A DNA stretch of 64,000 bases, taken from positions 171,740,001 to 171,804,000 of the forward strand of contig OZ024743.1 in the NCBI GenBank assembly GCA_964016885.1, in the 5' to 3' direction. Below, in pieces: positions 27,638-39,704 of this stretch. The DNA is from Eledone cirrhosa (Eukaryota). Below the pieces are notes generated by a model, which did no database searches, was not told the DNA's origin, and saw only the letters and a program-made list of their open reading frames with translations. The stretch's first letter is position 1. Each line of letters opens with the position of its first letter. The translations under genes and the position numbers were made by a program.

Positions 27638-27872
27638 TACCCATCTGCCAGATAGTTGAACGTTCGAAAGTATATACTTTCCTTATGAAAATTAACGGCT
27701 GAGCAGCCTAATTTGCATATTGAGTGAGTTAAATCGGTCAGGCATACCGAAAACGATTAGTTGAAAAAAAATGAAAACGAAATTTCATTTCTCACTCTTA
27801 GTATGGCACTTACTTAAATGTAAGTATGTATGTATACGTACATACATATATGTATACAGACGTACAGTAGCA

Positions 27873-27920
<48 letters not shown>

Positions 27921-28093
27921 TATACACATATGCATACAGGTACACATACATATATGCACGCATCAGTTTAGCCTACGTTTATTATAACGCCGGCCGCTTT
28001 GTTCGTTTGTTTGTCAACAAAGCGAACAGCCTGAATTTATGCCATACGGTGTTAAGGCAACCACGTCACCTTTTTGTTCAACACTGACACAGG

Positions 28094-28138
28094 AACGATG
28101 TACTAGTTTCAAGCTTGTTAGCTATCATCAGCACCGTT
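28094..28138 (-). ncRNA. Hammerhead ribozyme, array unit 4
   Basis: Identical motif to unit 1. Confidence 0.8.
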
Positions 28139-28373
28139 TACCCATCTGCCAGATAGTTGAACGTTCGAAAGTATATACTTTCCTTATGAAAATTAACGGC
28201 TGAGCAGCCTAATTTGCATATTGAGTGAGTTAAATCGGTCAGGCATACCGAAAACGATTAGTTGAAAAAAAATGAAAACGAAATTTCATTTCTCACTCTT
28301 AGTATGGCACTTACTTAAATGTAAGTATGTATGTATACGTACATACATATATGTATACAGACGTACAGTAGCA

Positions 28374-28415
<42 letters not shown>

Positions 28416-28588
28416 TATACACATATGCATACAGGTACACATACATATATGCACGCATCAGTTTAGCCTACGTTTATTATAACGCCGGCCGCTTTGTTCG
28501 TTTGTTTGTCAACAAAGCGAACAGCCTGAATTTATGCCATACGGTGTTAAGGCAACCACGTCACCTTTTTGTTCAACACTGACACAGT

Positions 28589-28633
28589 AACGATGTACTA
28601 GTTTCAAGCTTGTTAGCTATCATCAGCACCGTT
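28589..28633 (-). ncRNA. Hammerhead ribozyme, array unit 5
   Basis: Identical motif to unit 1. Confidence 0.8.
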
Positions 28634-28868
28634 TACCCATCTGCCAGATAGTTGAACGTTCGAAAGTATATACTTTCCTTATGAAAATTAACGGCTGAGC
28701 AGCCTAATTTGCATATTGAGTGAGTTAAATCGGTCAGGCATACCGAAAACGATTAGTTGAAAAAAAATGAAAACGAAATTTCATTTCTCACTCTTAGTAT
28801 GGCACTTACTTAAATGTAAGTATGTATGTATACGTACATACATATATGTATACAGACGTACAGTAGCA

Positions 28869-28910
<42 letters not shown>

Positions 28911-29083
28911 TATACACATATGCATACAGGTACACATACATATATGCACGCATCAGTTTAGCCTACGTTTATTATAACGCCGGCCGCTTTGTTCGTTTGT
29001 TTGTCAACAAAGCGAACAGCCTGAATTTATGCCATACGGTGTTAAGGCAACCACGTCACCTTTTTGTTCAACACTGACACAGG

Positions 29084-29128
29084 AACGATGTACTAGTTTC
29101 AAGCTTGTTAGCTATCATCAGCACCGTT
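29084..29128 (-). ncRNA. Hammerhead ribozyme, array unit 6 (partial unit)
   Basis: Identical motif to unit 1. Confidence 0.8.
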
Positions 29129-29346
29129 TACCCATCTGCCAGATAGTATATAGTATATATATATATACATATAATAATAATGATAATATTATTTATACTT
29201 ATATATACACTATATATAATTATAAACAGGAAAGGTCAGTAATTCATTACCACCTTATTACCAGTAAGAAAAACACCTCAATGTAAATACATCACATGTT
29301 TTACAGAGCAGGAATATAAATTATAAACATACATAAAATTACCAGT

Positions 29347-30550
29347 ATGCTGATCAAAGATTATCTTCCTGTGTCTACTAAGAACATTCCAATACCATCT
29401 ATGGATACGTACGAAAAATTATTGATTAATAGTGTCAACTCATTTATCAATAGAGTGAGGTGGAGGACATTCCATTACGATAGAAACCGAACAGACAAAA
29501 ACAGGGATGCAAACAATTTCGACTCATATGGCTTTAAAACTTTTAAAAGCCCACCTCACAACACTTTATTAAACTCTTTCGAAAATGATTTAATAAAACT
29601 AGTTAAGAAAATAAGGTACAGAACACATTCTAATGGAAATAACACCTTCTTAAACAACCTTAACTCCACTATTAAAAGATTTAATAAAAATAAGAAAATC
29701 TAGTACATGCTGATAAAACTAATAATATATATAGCCTAGATTACGAAACATAGAAAATTTATATAAAAAGAACTGCACAGGAGCTATAAGAAAACCACTA
29801 TTAGAAACCTAGGAGATATAAATATAGAAGGCCATAGTATAGTATGTAAATTAGGACTTCAGAGATATACACAACCATACACCCCTACCTCCCAAAAAAG
29901 AATTCTCTCTGAAGGACCATAAGAAAGACTTTAATAGTAACCCATCTATAAGACTAATTTGACCTTCGAAATCTGACATTGGAATTATCAGAATCATCGC
30001 CCAATTTAAGCATAAAATATATCTGAACCTCTGGAGAAATACTGGTGAAGTTATTGAATGGTTCAATGATATTAATGAGAGTAAAAATAAAAAAATTATA
30101 CAATTTGAGATTAATTCGTACTACATCTCTATTTCTCCTATCCTATTAAAGAAGGCATTAATTATGGCTATGAATAATAGTGACCTTACTAGATACCAAA
30201 TTGATGTTATCCTTGCGGCCCGTAAAGCCATAATTGTATTTGAAGATCAATTATGGACCCGCAAGGATACAACTAACAACTTTGACATAACTATGGGATC
30301 TAGTGACTCGGCACAGGTCACTGATTTGGTGGATCTATATCTCTTAATTGAAATTCATAAGAATCTGCCCTACCTCAATGGTGGTTTATACCGCGACGAT
30401 GCACTACTACTTATTGACTATAACAAATTTAATATAGAAAGAACTAGGAAACAATTGCATAAAATATTTAAAAACTTCCACTTAAGTATTACCTCAGATG
30501 AAAACACTAAAAACGTTAACTTCCTTGATGCTACTCTTTGCCTGGACTCT
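29347..30550 (+). mobile_element. Penelope-like ORF remnant (N-terminus through RT)
   Basis: STKNIPIPS..FINRVRWR, SLKDHKKDF, DITMGSSDSAQVTDLV, GGLYRDDAL, VNFLDATL; stops and frameshifts. Confidence 0.9.
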
Positions 30551-30915
30551 TGAAAGAGAAACTTGGCGTGGGGTGGTGAATAATGGGGTCCATAATTTTA
30601 GGACAGACGTATAGAGCACGAGAAGATCAAACGGGATGTGCGTAAGCAATGCCCTGGTGTATCTCTCGAAACGATCGGTGTCTCCATTGAATTGAAGTGC
30701 CCTTAGTGTGGAAAAATTTGCTCAGGAGCCACAGTCGCAGCCATGTTCAAAGAGGACCAGTGAACTATGATCTCCACGGTGTTCTGAGGGTTCACGGGCA
30801 ACCTCATGCGGGACCTCAAGCCAGGGAGATCCATAGTTGTCGTCAGTGGGTGAAGCAGTGCAAGTCTCTAGCAGGCTTGAAAAGCCATATCCGAGCGTCA
30901 GACATCTGAATCTGA
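30551..30915 (+). mobile_element. RTE-type LINE 3' fragment with C2H2 zinc-finger remnants
   Basis: [38 protein letters not shown]; same architecture as 33725-34860. Confidence 0.55.
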
Positions 30916-31045
30916 CAAGCGATTACAATACTCTTGGCAGAGTTTTCAGCCATCATATGTATGTATTGGAAAATCACTGACGAAGGACTATTTTTATCAT
31001 ATGTAACCCATGTGCAAACCATGCAGTATTCTTCTTTCTTCTCAT

Positions 31046-31149
<104 letters not shown>

Positions 31150-31186
31150 GTATATATATTTGTGTGTATGTATGTGTATGTATGTA

Positions 31187-31239
<53 letters not shown>

Positions 31240-31435
31240 GTATGTGTATATATATATATATGTATGTGTGTATGTATGTATATGTATGTGTTTCTGTATG
31301 TGTATGTACGTGTGTATATATGTATGTGTGTACGTATGGATATATATATATACGTGTGTGTGTGTGCGTGTGTATGCATGAGAGCGTGCGTATGTGTGCG
31401 TGTGTATATATATATGTATGTAAATGTATGTATAT

Positions 31436-31487
<52 letters not shown>

Positions 31488-31489
<2 letters not shown>

Positions 31490-32310
31490 GATATTAATAA
31501 ATGGAAACTATATTTATAAAACCATATTTATTTCATTATACATATTTCAGGGATACCAAATTAAATTATGGCATGCCTTCATCAGACAAAATACAATATA
31601 TAACAGTTTTACAAATAAGCTTTGACGTACCCTTTTAAAATGCAACCATTATTTTTGGAAGCCATCTGGATAGTGAATTGTTTATATTATTTTAATAAGT
31701 CTTAGTATTAAGGACAATTTGAAAAAGACGGAGAGAAAGAAAAAAGACGGAGTGAGAGATAAAAAGAAAAAGAAAAAGAAAAAGAAAAAGAAAAAGAAAA
31801 AGAAAAAGAAAAAGAAAAAGAAAAAGAAAAAGAAAAAGAAAAAAACGTGGAGAAATATCGGAGAGAGAGAAATGCATGGAGAAAAAAGAGAGAGATAAAT
31901 AAAGACAGGAGGAAAGAAAGAAAAAAGAAAAAAGGAAGAAATAAGAAAAACAGAGGAAAGCAATAGAGAGATAACAAGTCATCAGACAGATAGAAAAACT
32001 CAAGAGAGAGAAATAATATATAGAGAGAGGGGGAGATAATGAAAACTTTACGTCATGTCATATTAAGTTGAGTTAACAATTTATATGAAATGAATAATAA
32101 AAAACTGTTATATATTGTATTTTGTCTGATGAAGGCATACGATAATTTAATTTGGTATCCCTGAAATATGTATAATGAAATAAATATGGTTTTATAAATA
32201 TAGTTTCCATTTATTAATATCGTATATCTACTCCAAATACTTGTCGAGTGCTTTATATCAGTTATAAAAATATTTACTTGTTGTATCCCAACAATTTTAA
32301 ATAGAACTTT

Positions 32311-32313
<3 letters not shown>
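31488..32313. repeat. Inverted pair of hammerhead-bearing segments (31488-31610 minus; 32101-32222 plus, extending to 32313) around a (GAAAAA)n spacer
   Basis: ~120 bp arms with about 2 differences; TTTGT CTGATGA AGGCATAC...GTATCCCT GAAA TATGTA TA ATGAAA. Confidence 0.8.
31761..31843. repeat. (GAAAAA)n simple repeat
   Basis: Directly visible. Confidence 0.95.
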
Positions 32314-32356
<43 letters not shown>

Positions 32357-32894
32357 CACATATGTATGTATATGTGTATGTATATATCTGTATATTTGTA
32401 TGTGTGTATGTACCATTATGTATGTTTGTTGTGTGTGTGTGCCTGCGTGTGTGTGCGTACGTGTGTAAGTGGGCGCGTGTATGAAAGTGCTTGTCGACAT
32501 CTGGAATATATATTAAGTGAAACTTCACAATAAAGGGGTTCACCCCAACACTTGAATCTGTTGAAGGAACCCTTTCTGCCTTTGTCGCCCTTATTTCAGC
32601 CTTAAATAATTAGCTTCTAAAGAATTTCCCTTTTTTTTAAACCATTGAACCCCACCCATCCTGTAGACACCTGTCTTACAGGCATTGTTAGTCTAAGTGA
32701 TAAACTAGGATTGGTATTCCAATTTTGAATTTGTTTACAGCATTTTTTCTGCCTTTGTTAATATTAGAATTAGCTTTTAATGAACTCCGTTTTCTTTAAA
32801 TCCCTCAACCAATGACCTCCACCCATCCCAACCCTGACCCTCTCCTACCACCAGGAAAAGAAAGATATAAATACTACCACTTATTTGGACAGCC

Positions 32895-32945
32895 AGCTTC
32901 CTGATGATTTCTCACAAATGAAACAGTTCTAGTCCTGTAGAAGCT
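32895..32945 (+). ncRNA. Type I hammerhead ribozyme motif
   Basis: AGCTTC CTGATGA tttctcacaaat GAAACAG ttctagtc CTGTA GAAGCT; 6-bp stem I, 4-bp stem III, GUA site, weak stem II. Confidence 0.7.
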
Positions 32946-33046
32946 CTTCTATATTAAATCTTTTATACTCTGCTATGTATTGAGTACCTTACTTACTGTG
33001 GTTACCTCCGATTCAACCCGGTATAACTTATATATATATATACATA

Positions 33047-33360
33047 TATAATATAAGATCAAAAGATGGTTAAAGGAGTTCCATGTATTTTATTATGCGC
33101 ATTTCAAAAACAAACATCATCATGCAATAACATTTGTGTTTTCATCAGACAAAACAGGAGAACATGATATGAAGGCCAAAAAACACTTGTGGATAGTGCA
33201 GTTTTAAATCACTATCCACAAGTGTTTTTTGGCCTTCATATCATGTTCTCCTGTTTTGTCTGATGAAAACACAAATGTTATTGCATGATGATGTTTGTTT
33301 TTGAAATGCGCATAATAAAATACATGGAACTCCTTTAACCAGCTTTTGATCTTATATTAT
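33047..33360. repeat. Near-perfect ~150-bp-arm palindrome with two hammerhead motifs (minus ~33087-33154, plus ~33254-33321)
   Basis: Centre gtggatagtg cagttttaaat cactatccac; arm TTTTGT CTGATGA AAACACAAAT...GTTTGTTTTT GAAA TGCGCA TA ATAAAA (palindromic stem III ATGCGCAT). Confidence 0.85.
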
Positions 33361-33549
33361 GTATACTCCAGTCCTACAAACTGTAGAGTGCTTCTTATCC
33401 GATATCTGCATTGCTTTATTGTACTACAATAAAACTCACCTCCTACATATATATACATATATGTACATATATATGTATATATGTATATCTATATATACAT
33501 ACATACACATATATATATACACACACACACACAGACTCACACACACACA

Positions 33550-33671
<122 letters not shown>

Positions 33672-33724
33672 CATATATGTACATACATATATATAATATA
33701 TATATATAATATATATATATACAT

Positions 33725-34860
33725 ATGCAGTTGACATTGAACACCTTTTCCAATGCATGTACTGTGTTTGTATAAAAAAGACGTTGGTCATGTACACCAC
33801 CAGTTCGGGAAGTGTACATGAGCCAGACATTTTCATGAGAGGAAATAGACTTGAGGCTGGGGCCAGCTTTGGGTATTTCGGAAGTACACTTGGTAGAGAT
33901 GGTACCCTCGATGCTAAAATAGACCACAAGATTGCGAAAGTAAGTCTGGCCTTCGGAAAGCTTGAGAAGCGAGTCTGATGAAATTGGCGTATCACGAGAA
34001 ACACAAAGCTCTCTGTGTATGAGGCCTGTGTTCTGACAGCCCTGCTATACGGATGAAAAACGTGGACAATTTACAGGCTTCAATTCAGGCAGTTAGTAAG
34101 GTTTCATGAGCATTGTATCCGACGCATACTGAACATCAAGTGATTCTCTTACACACCTGATGCTGCTGTACGAGAGAAAGAGAAAGCGAGTAGCACCAGT
34201 ATTGAGAGGAGGATTATTTTAAACCAGATGCGTTGGGATGGTCACGTGGTCAGGATGGAAGATTTCATTGGGAACTGACCAGACGAAAAATGCCACAGTA
34301 CAAACCAAAGAATCAGTTTAAGTATGTCATAAAAACAATCTTATAGCTCTGACAATTTATATGGATACCTGGGAGCGATTGACTGAAGGCCGTACATCAC
34401 GGAGAAAGCTCATCAAGTATGCATGTGATGTTTTTGAGAGAAGGCGATTGGAGTATGCTGTTCACTTGTAGGTGGGACTGTTCACTTTGTAAGTGGGACT
34501 CTAGTGCAGTGTCTGCAAAAATCGAACAGGAATTGAGGTGCAATGTATGTAGCCGATTTCTTCTAACAAGAGCTGGATTTGTCAATCATCTGAAATCCCA
34601 TGAGCCAGGAAAAAATCGAGCCACCTATGAGATGGTTCTACTCCACGGTACATTTGCAGTGAGTGTGGCTTAAGTTGTAAGACAGCTGGTGGACTGATCA
34701 GACAAGGTAGAATGCATAAAAACACAACCCAGTCGGTATGGCCAGGAGACAGATAGTTCAAGTGTCACATCTGTGAACATTCTGCAAAACAAAAGCGGGC
34801 CTGAAAAGTCACTTGCAATCACATGATCGTGAAATGTTCAATGAAGCCAATTTTAGGTAA
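33725..34860 (+). mobile_element. RTE-clade LINE 3' remnant with three C2H2 zinc-finger remnants
   Basis: FGYFGSTL..IDHKIAKVSLAFGKL, KLSVYEACVLTALLYG, CIRRILNI, QMRWDGHVVRMED; CNVCSRFLLTRAGFVNHLKSH, CSECG..CKTAGGLI..RMH, FKCHICE..GLKSHLQSH. Confidence 0.8.
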
Positions 34861-35481
34861 AATCAATATACATAAAATGTATATTGATAATGTTTCTCAA
34901 TAAACTTCTGTTCTGAGCATCTATAATAAATGATATATAACATGATATATCAACTGAGAAACAAACTAGTATTTGTACATATATACAGAACGAATAATGT
35001 GTAAATTTAAGTACATACTATATGTTAAAATGGTTTATAGTTTTATATATAGATCTGTTTCTGGAAATTAAAAGCGCCAAACTTGATATACGACGTTCCT
35101 ACAACTTATGGAGTCATATAGACGCCGTATTGACAAACTGCGTTTCTAGGGACATTTTAAAACATGTCGATTATATGAACCCACCCCCCACCATTTCATA
35201 TCGAAACTGGAAAGTTGAAAGACAAAAAAAAACAAAAAAAACATCAGCAATATTGGACTGCAGAACCTGAAGACTTGTAACTAAAAAACTTTAAATAATG
35301 AGGGCTGGAAGAAAAGCGTCACGATATTTAGATACATCTCTTTACGTTCTAAGTTCAAATCGCGTGAACGCTGATTTTACTTTTCTTTATCCCCGGGGTG
35401 TGTAACATTAAGTTGTAGGAAAATATTGGGGGTCAGTTTATATTCTTATATACCATCCTAGGTGTGAATGGAAATATATTT

Positions 35482-35640
35482 AGGTGGCGAATTAGCAGAG
35501 TCGTTAAAACGTCGAATAGAATGCATATTGGTATTCCTTTCAGTTCTCTGCTCTCTTAGTTCAAATCCCGCCGTGATCAACTTTGCCTTTCACCCATTCG
35601 AGGTTGATAAAAACGTACCAATCTAGTACTGGGGCCGACT
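35482..35640 (+). mobile_element. tRNA-derived SINE, diverged (an older copy lies at ~35305-35440)
   Basis: ggtggcgaattagcagagtcgtta..agttcaaatcccgccg..ctttgcctttcacccattcgaggttgataaa. Confidence 0.7.
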
Positions 35641-36276
35641 TTTCCTCTATATCGCTTTCTCTCTTATTCTCTATTTTTTTCAGGAAGAAATTTGCTGTGT
35701 TCAGATCTGGAGAGAAGGTCGGCTCAGCCAGGTTTTAAAGAAATGCGCTAAAAACGGCACCACTAAGACTCCTTCGGGAGTTACGGAATCTAAGGCTATG
35801 GCTAAGTGAACTAGACCACCTCATTGTACATCCTTGGAACTCTCGGAGAATTGAGAGTCTTTATTGGTTCACAGTTTTTTGGCAATAACTTTATAATCGT
35901 GACAAGTGGTATCAAACACACACACACTCAACTTACAAACAACTCACCACACTCGCACACATACATACGCACACTCATACATTCACAGACAACTCCACAA
36001 ATACACACATATGTATCTATTCTAAGCAGCTGGTAATTCTGTCTTTCGCTATATGGAGCTTTACGTGTTACATTATTGTACATGCGAAAATTCGAATAGT
36101 GAGAGAGAGAGAAGCACCTTACTACGTAAAGTAAATAAGCTTGTCTTATAATATCTATTAAGTATTTCTTCCTCACGCGTGTGTGTGCGTATGCGTGTGC
36201 GTGTGCGATTGAAATTTGAAAATTGATTTAGAAGATATCGTCGTATTTTGACTACAGAAAATAGTCTAACAAAAGG

Positions 36277-36364
36277 GCATATAAACCCCATAACAGTAAA
36301 CAAAAAAAAGGGCATCAGCACTCATGCTGATACCCATTCTTTTACTGCTATGGGGTTTATATGC
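36277..36364. repeat. ~90 bp imperfect palindrome
   Basis: gcatataaaccccataacagtaaa..gggcatcagca ctca tgctgataccc..tttactgctatggggtttatatgc. Confidence 0.8.
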
Positions 36365-37611
36365 TCTGTTGTAAGGTGTGATTCCTCATAGAAAATTACT
36401 ACAATTTTTGAATCCTTGGTGCTCTCTTGGGTGGTTAACTCATTAATTCTCTTGTTCACGTTTTTGTATTAGAAATATGTATGCATGTGAGATTATCATA
36501 ATCTAGCTCAACCTGAAGAATTTAAAGTGGTATATTAGAGTAAGTTATATTATTATTTTGAAGTTTATTGTCGTGATAGTTTTTAAATATTCCTCCAACT
36601 TCTTCAGAATGTCAGCTCAACCAGCAAAGAAACAAAAGCATTTGACTAAAAGAAGCAGCGGCAGCAGCAGCAAAGATTAGAAAAATAACAACGTAAAGCG
36701 AAAGATATTGCCTTATCAAAAGATATTATGTCGGTTATGATCCGAAAGAGTGGTGTGCAGGAGATTCTATGTAAAACGGCATTATGAGACTGTTCCTAGT
36801 TGACTTTGAGATAAACGTGACCAAGAACAAAGTAATCACACTTCTCAAGAAATCAGCAACAAAAACGTGTTATCAAAATATTTTGATAAAAATTGTAGAC
36901 AGTTCCTAATTCGTTACTGCTAGGTTTAAGACTTCAAGGATTATTACACAACATAGAAAACAACAAAATTATGTGCTGTATATTAAAGAGAACTACTCAG
37001 TCGTTGTCGTACGGTGTATATTAAAAAGAACTCCTGAGTGATGATGTATATATTAAATGGTCGAAGGTAGAATGTGTTCGTTTCCTTTTTTTATAGTTTT
37101 CCAGAAATGTGTGGAAAATTATTCAGTGCATTAGTTATTTCCAAATTCAAATTCAAATCCATGGTCTTCTTACTCTTGTTGGACGAACACCTGCCTGGTT
37201 GACCTCCACCGCTTTCTGTTTGGCTTTGGTCATATGTTCAGGCGTGTAGCCGTACTCACCACGCTGGGCCAATTGCGTGTTGGTGAGGTTATCTAACCCA
37301 TAGATAGGGTGGATTACTTGATTAAGTAGTTCATCCACCACTTTTAACGGCTCTTGTTTTTTGTGCTGTTGGAGATCCATATAACCTCTTCATCAGACCA
37401 GGGTCTGTTGAGGGAGCTGGTTTAGTCACCGATCACTCGACCATGGAGCAAGTTGTACTTGATTATATAGTACCAGTAGCATGTAGAAACCTGAATTATT
37501 TGACACTGAGAAAATAGATTGTAAAAGATGGAATACAGAATAAAAATACACATATCAGAAGAGCAATCAAAGTTTACTGGTTTATGTAAACTCCTTCCCA
37601 TTTGCTTAGAT

Positions 37612-37911
37612 CAGAGTTTCTCAAAGTAGGCGCTACCACCCACCGGGCGAGGGGGCATTGAGAACGTCCAGGGGGGCGCTAGGTAGTGATGATTTAATAA
37701 TATATTAAATATCAAATGATACATATTATATATAAATATAGTAAAATATAAATATATAATATTTATTTATACATAGTATATATTATATTATTTATTATAT
37801 ATTATTTACAATTTGCGTGCAGGTAGGTCTCTCTGGAAATAGGGGTGGGACGCTAAGGGTATTACGTGGCCGTGAGGGAGAACGGTGGCCCAAAAGGTTT
37901 GAGAACGTCTG
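37612..37911. mobile_element. hAT (Charlie-like) MITE, 300 bp
   Basis: TIRs CAGAGTTTCTCAAA / TTTGAGAACGTCTG; 8-bp TSD GCTTAGAT (37604-37611) / GTTTAGAT (37912-37919). Confidence 0.8.
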
Positions 37912-37939
37912 GTTTAGATGAACACACTGGTGACACTGA

Positions 37940-38000
37940 TGTTAGGTTAACCATTATTGTGTTAGGTTAACCATTATTGTGTTAGGTTAACCATTATTGT
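37940..38000. repeat. 20-bp tandem repeat x3
   Basis: tgttaggttaaccattattg repeated three times. Confidence 0.9.
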
Positions 38001-38789
38001 TCGATTTTGAGTGATGGATTAGAGTCTAATCATTAGACGAAAGAGTTGGTGTCATTCCTAATCAATTGAACAACAGTTTATAGGGAACTGGAAAACATTT
38101 GATGTTATGCTTCATAATATAAAATTCATTGAAATCAATTAAAAAGTTGTTTCATGAAATGTCAGCAATATGGAATAAATACATACATGTCACCTCCGCC
38201 GGCACTGACTGAATGTACATCGGTATAATTATTATGTAGTAAAGATTTAGAAAATCACGGTGATCACTTTTGGTTTTATTCTTTACGATAGGAACAATAA
38301 AATAATTAAAGGTCAAGCCCCTGGGTCAATGTAAACGACTGCTCCCTATTTACTTCTCCCAAATGTATGGACTTCTGCTAAATTTTACATCATCTAATGG
38401 TTATTTATCTATTTATTATTATTTCATTATTATTTATCTTCATGTTTCCAATAGTTTAATGTGAGTTTCTGCTGCACCCACATCTTCTCGAAGTATGTAC
38501 AGCATTCCTTTTCGTGGGTATACTACATTCCTCTTTTATAGGTATTTTGTGGGTATATTAAATTCCTTTTTGTGGGTGCACTACATACTACATAAGTTTT
38601 GCAGTTTGCGACAACATCATTCTTTTGGTGGGGTTAGGTATATTTTAGTATTTCTGGTGTTGTAGCGTTTCATTTGTTGTGTAGTTTACGTGCAATATGA
38701 GTTGTATTTTTATCTTGGGTGTCATTTAGGTTTCATATGCGTTGTCTGATTGGTGTTATGTGTTTTAATGTCGATGGCTTGGGGGTTAA

Positions 38790-39420
38790 ACAACAACGAT
38801 GATAACAACAGCAGCCGCAACAACAACAACGACAACAACAACAGCAGCAGTAACAAATACAGCAGCAGAAAAATCCCCAACAGCAATGGCAACAGCAACA
38901 TCGCCAACAGCAACAACAGCAACAGAAAAAAAATAACGACCACAACAGAACTGCAACAACAACACAACAGCAGCAAAACAACTACAAACAAAACGACTCA
39001 TAAACGGAAATTTTCCAGGAAGCACGAAAATGCGTATTAATGGTATCTTTAAGTTAGAAATCCTATTCCTCTTCGATAACCTCTTTCTCCTCCTCTTCCT
39101 CCTTCTCTTCCTCCTTCCCTTCCTCCTTCCCTTCCTCCTTCCCTTCCTCATCTTCATCCTTCTCACCAATATTCTCATTATCAGCATTACTGTCATAATT
39201 ATTATAATAATTTTTATTATGCTTCTTTTATTGCCTAGTGCATTGAACTAGTGGGAAAAAAAGCTTCAAGAAACATAATCATCATCGCCATTAATTAACA
39301 CCACCATCATCATTCTCATTATCACTACCAACATTATTATTATTATTATTATTATTATCTTCATCATCATCCTCGTTATCAACACCATCATCGTTACACA
39401 ATCATTTTTATTGTTATTAT
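38790..39420. repeat. Low-complexity (CAA/CAG)n, (CTTCC)n-like and (ATT/CAT)n tracts
   Basis: Directly visible. Confidence 0.85.
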
Positions 39421-39704
39421 TGCATAGTACATTGAACCAGCACAAAGAAGGGATAGGAAACGGACATATGACGTATGAAAGCTGTTTGGCATGTTCCCAG
39501 ACAGCATTGACTTTATCAAATGCACCAAATCATAGCTGGGTAATTTACAGTTAGAGGAAAGTAGAAGGAAGCTATACTCTAGACTAATTGTTAAAACAGC
39601 TGGAAAAACAAAACTGTAGTAGCCATTATATAGAAATTAATGTGGGAATAATAAGATAGTAATAGTAACAATGGAAGATATAAAAATAATGATATTATTA
39701 TTAC

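Larger units (their letters stand above)
26271..29147 (-). repeat. Tandem array of ~495 bp units (5.8 copies), each with a hammerhead ribozyme; retrozyme/satellite-2-like
   Basis: Equivalent positions at 26284, 26781, 27276, 27771, 28272, 28767 (497/495/495/501/495 bp); units differ only in (TA)n length and one G/T site as far as can be seen; flanked by (TA)n. Confidence 0.95.

Noticed and set aside
26271-29147. CRISPR array or tandem 5S/snRNA/tRNA gene cluster
   Set aside because: Units are identical throughout (no unique spacers) and I see no 5S, tRNA or U snRNA sequence
37380-37405. CTGATGA on the minus strand
   Set aside because: No GAAA or stem III follows
38722-39251. Asn/Gln-, Cys- or Arg-rich ORFs (also 50676-51058, 56685-57255)
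   Set aside because: Trinucleotide low-complexity DNA open in several frames
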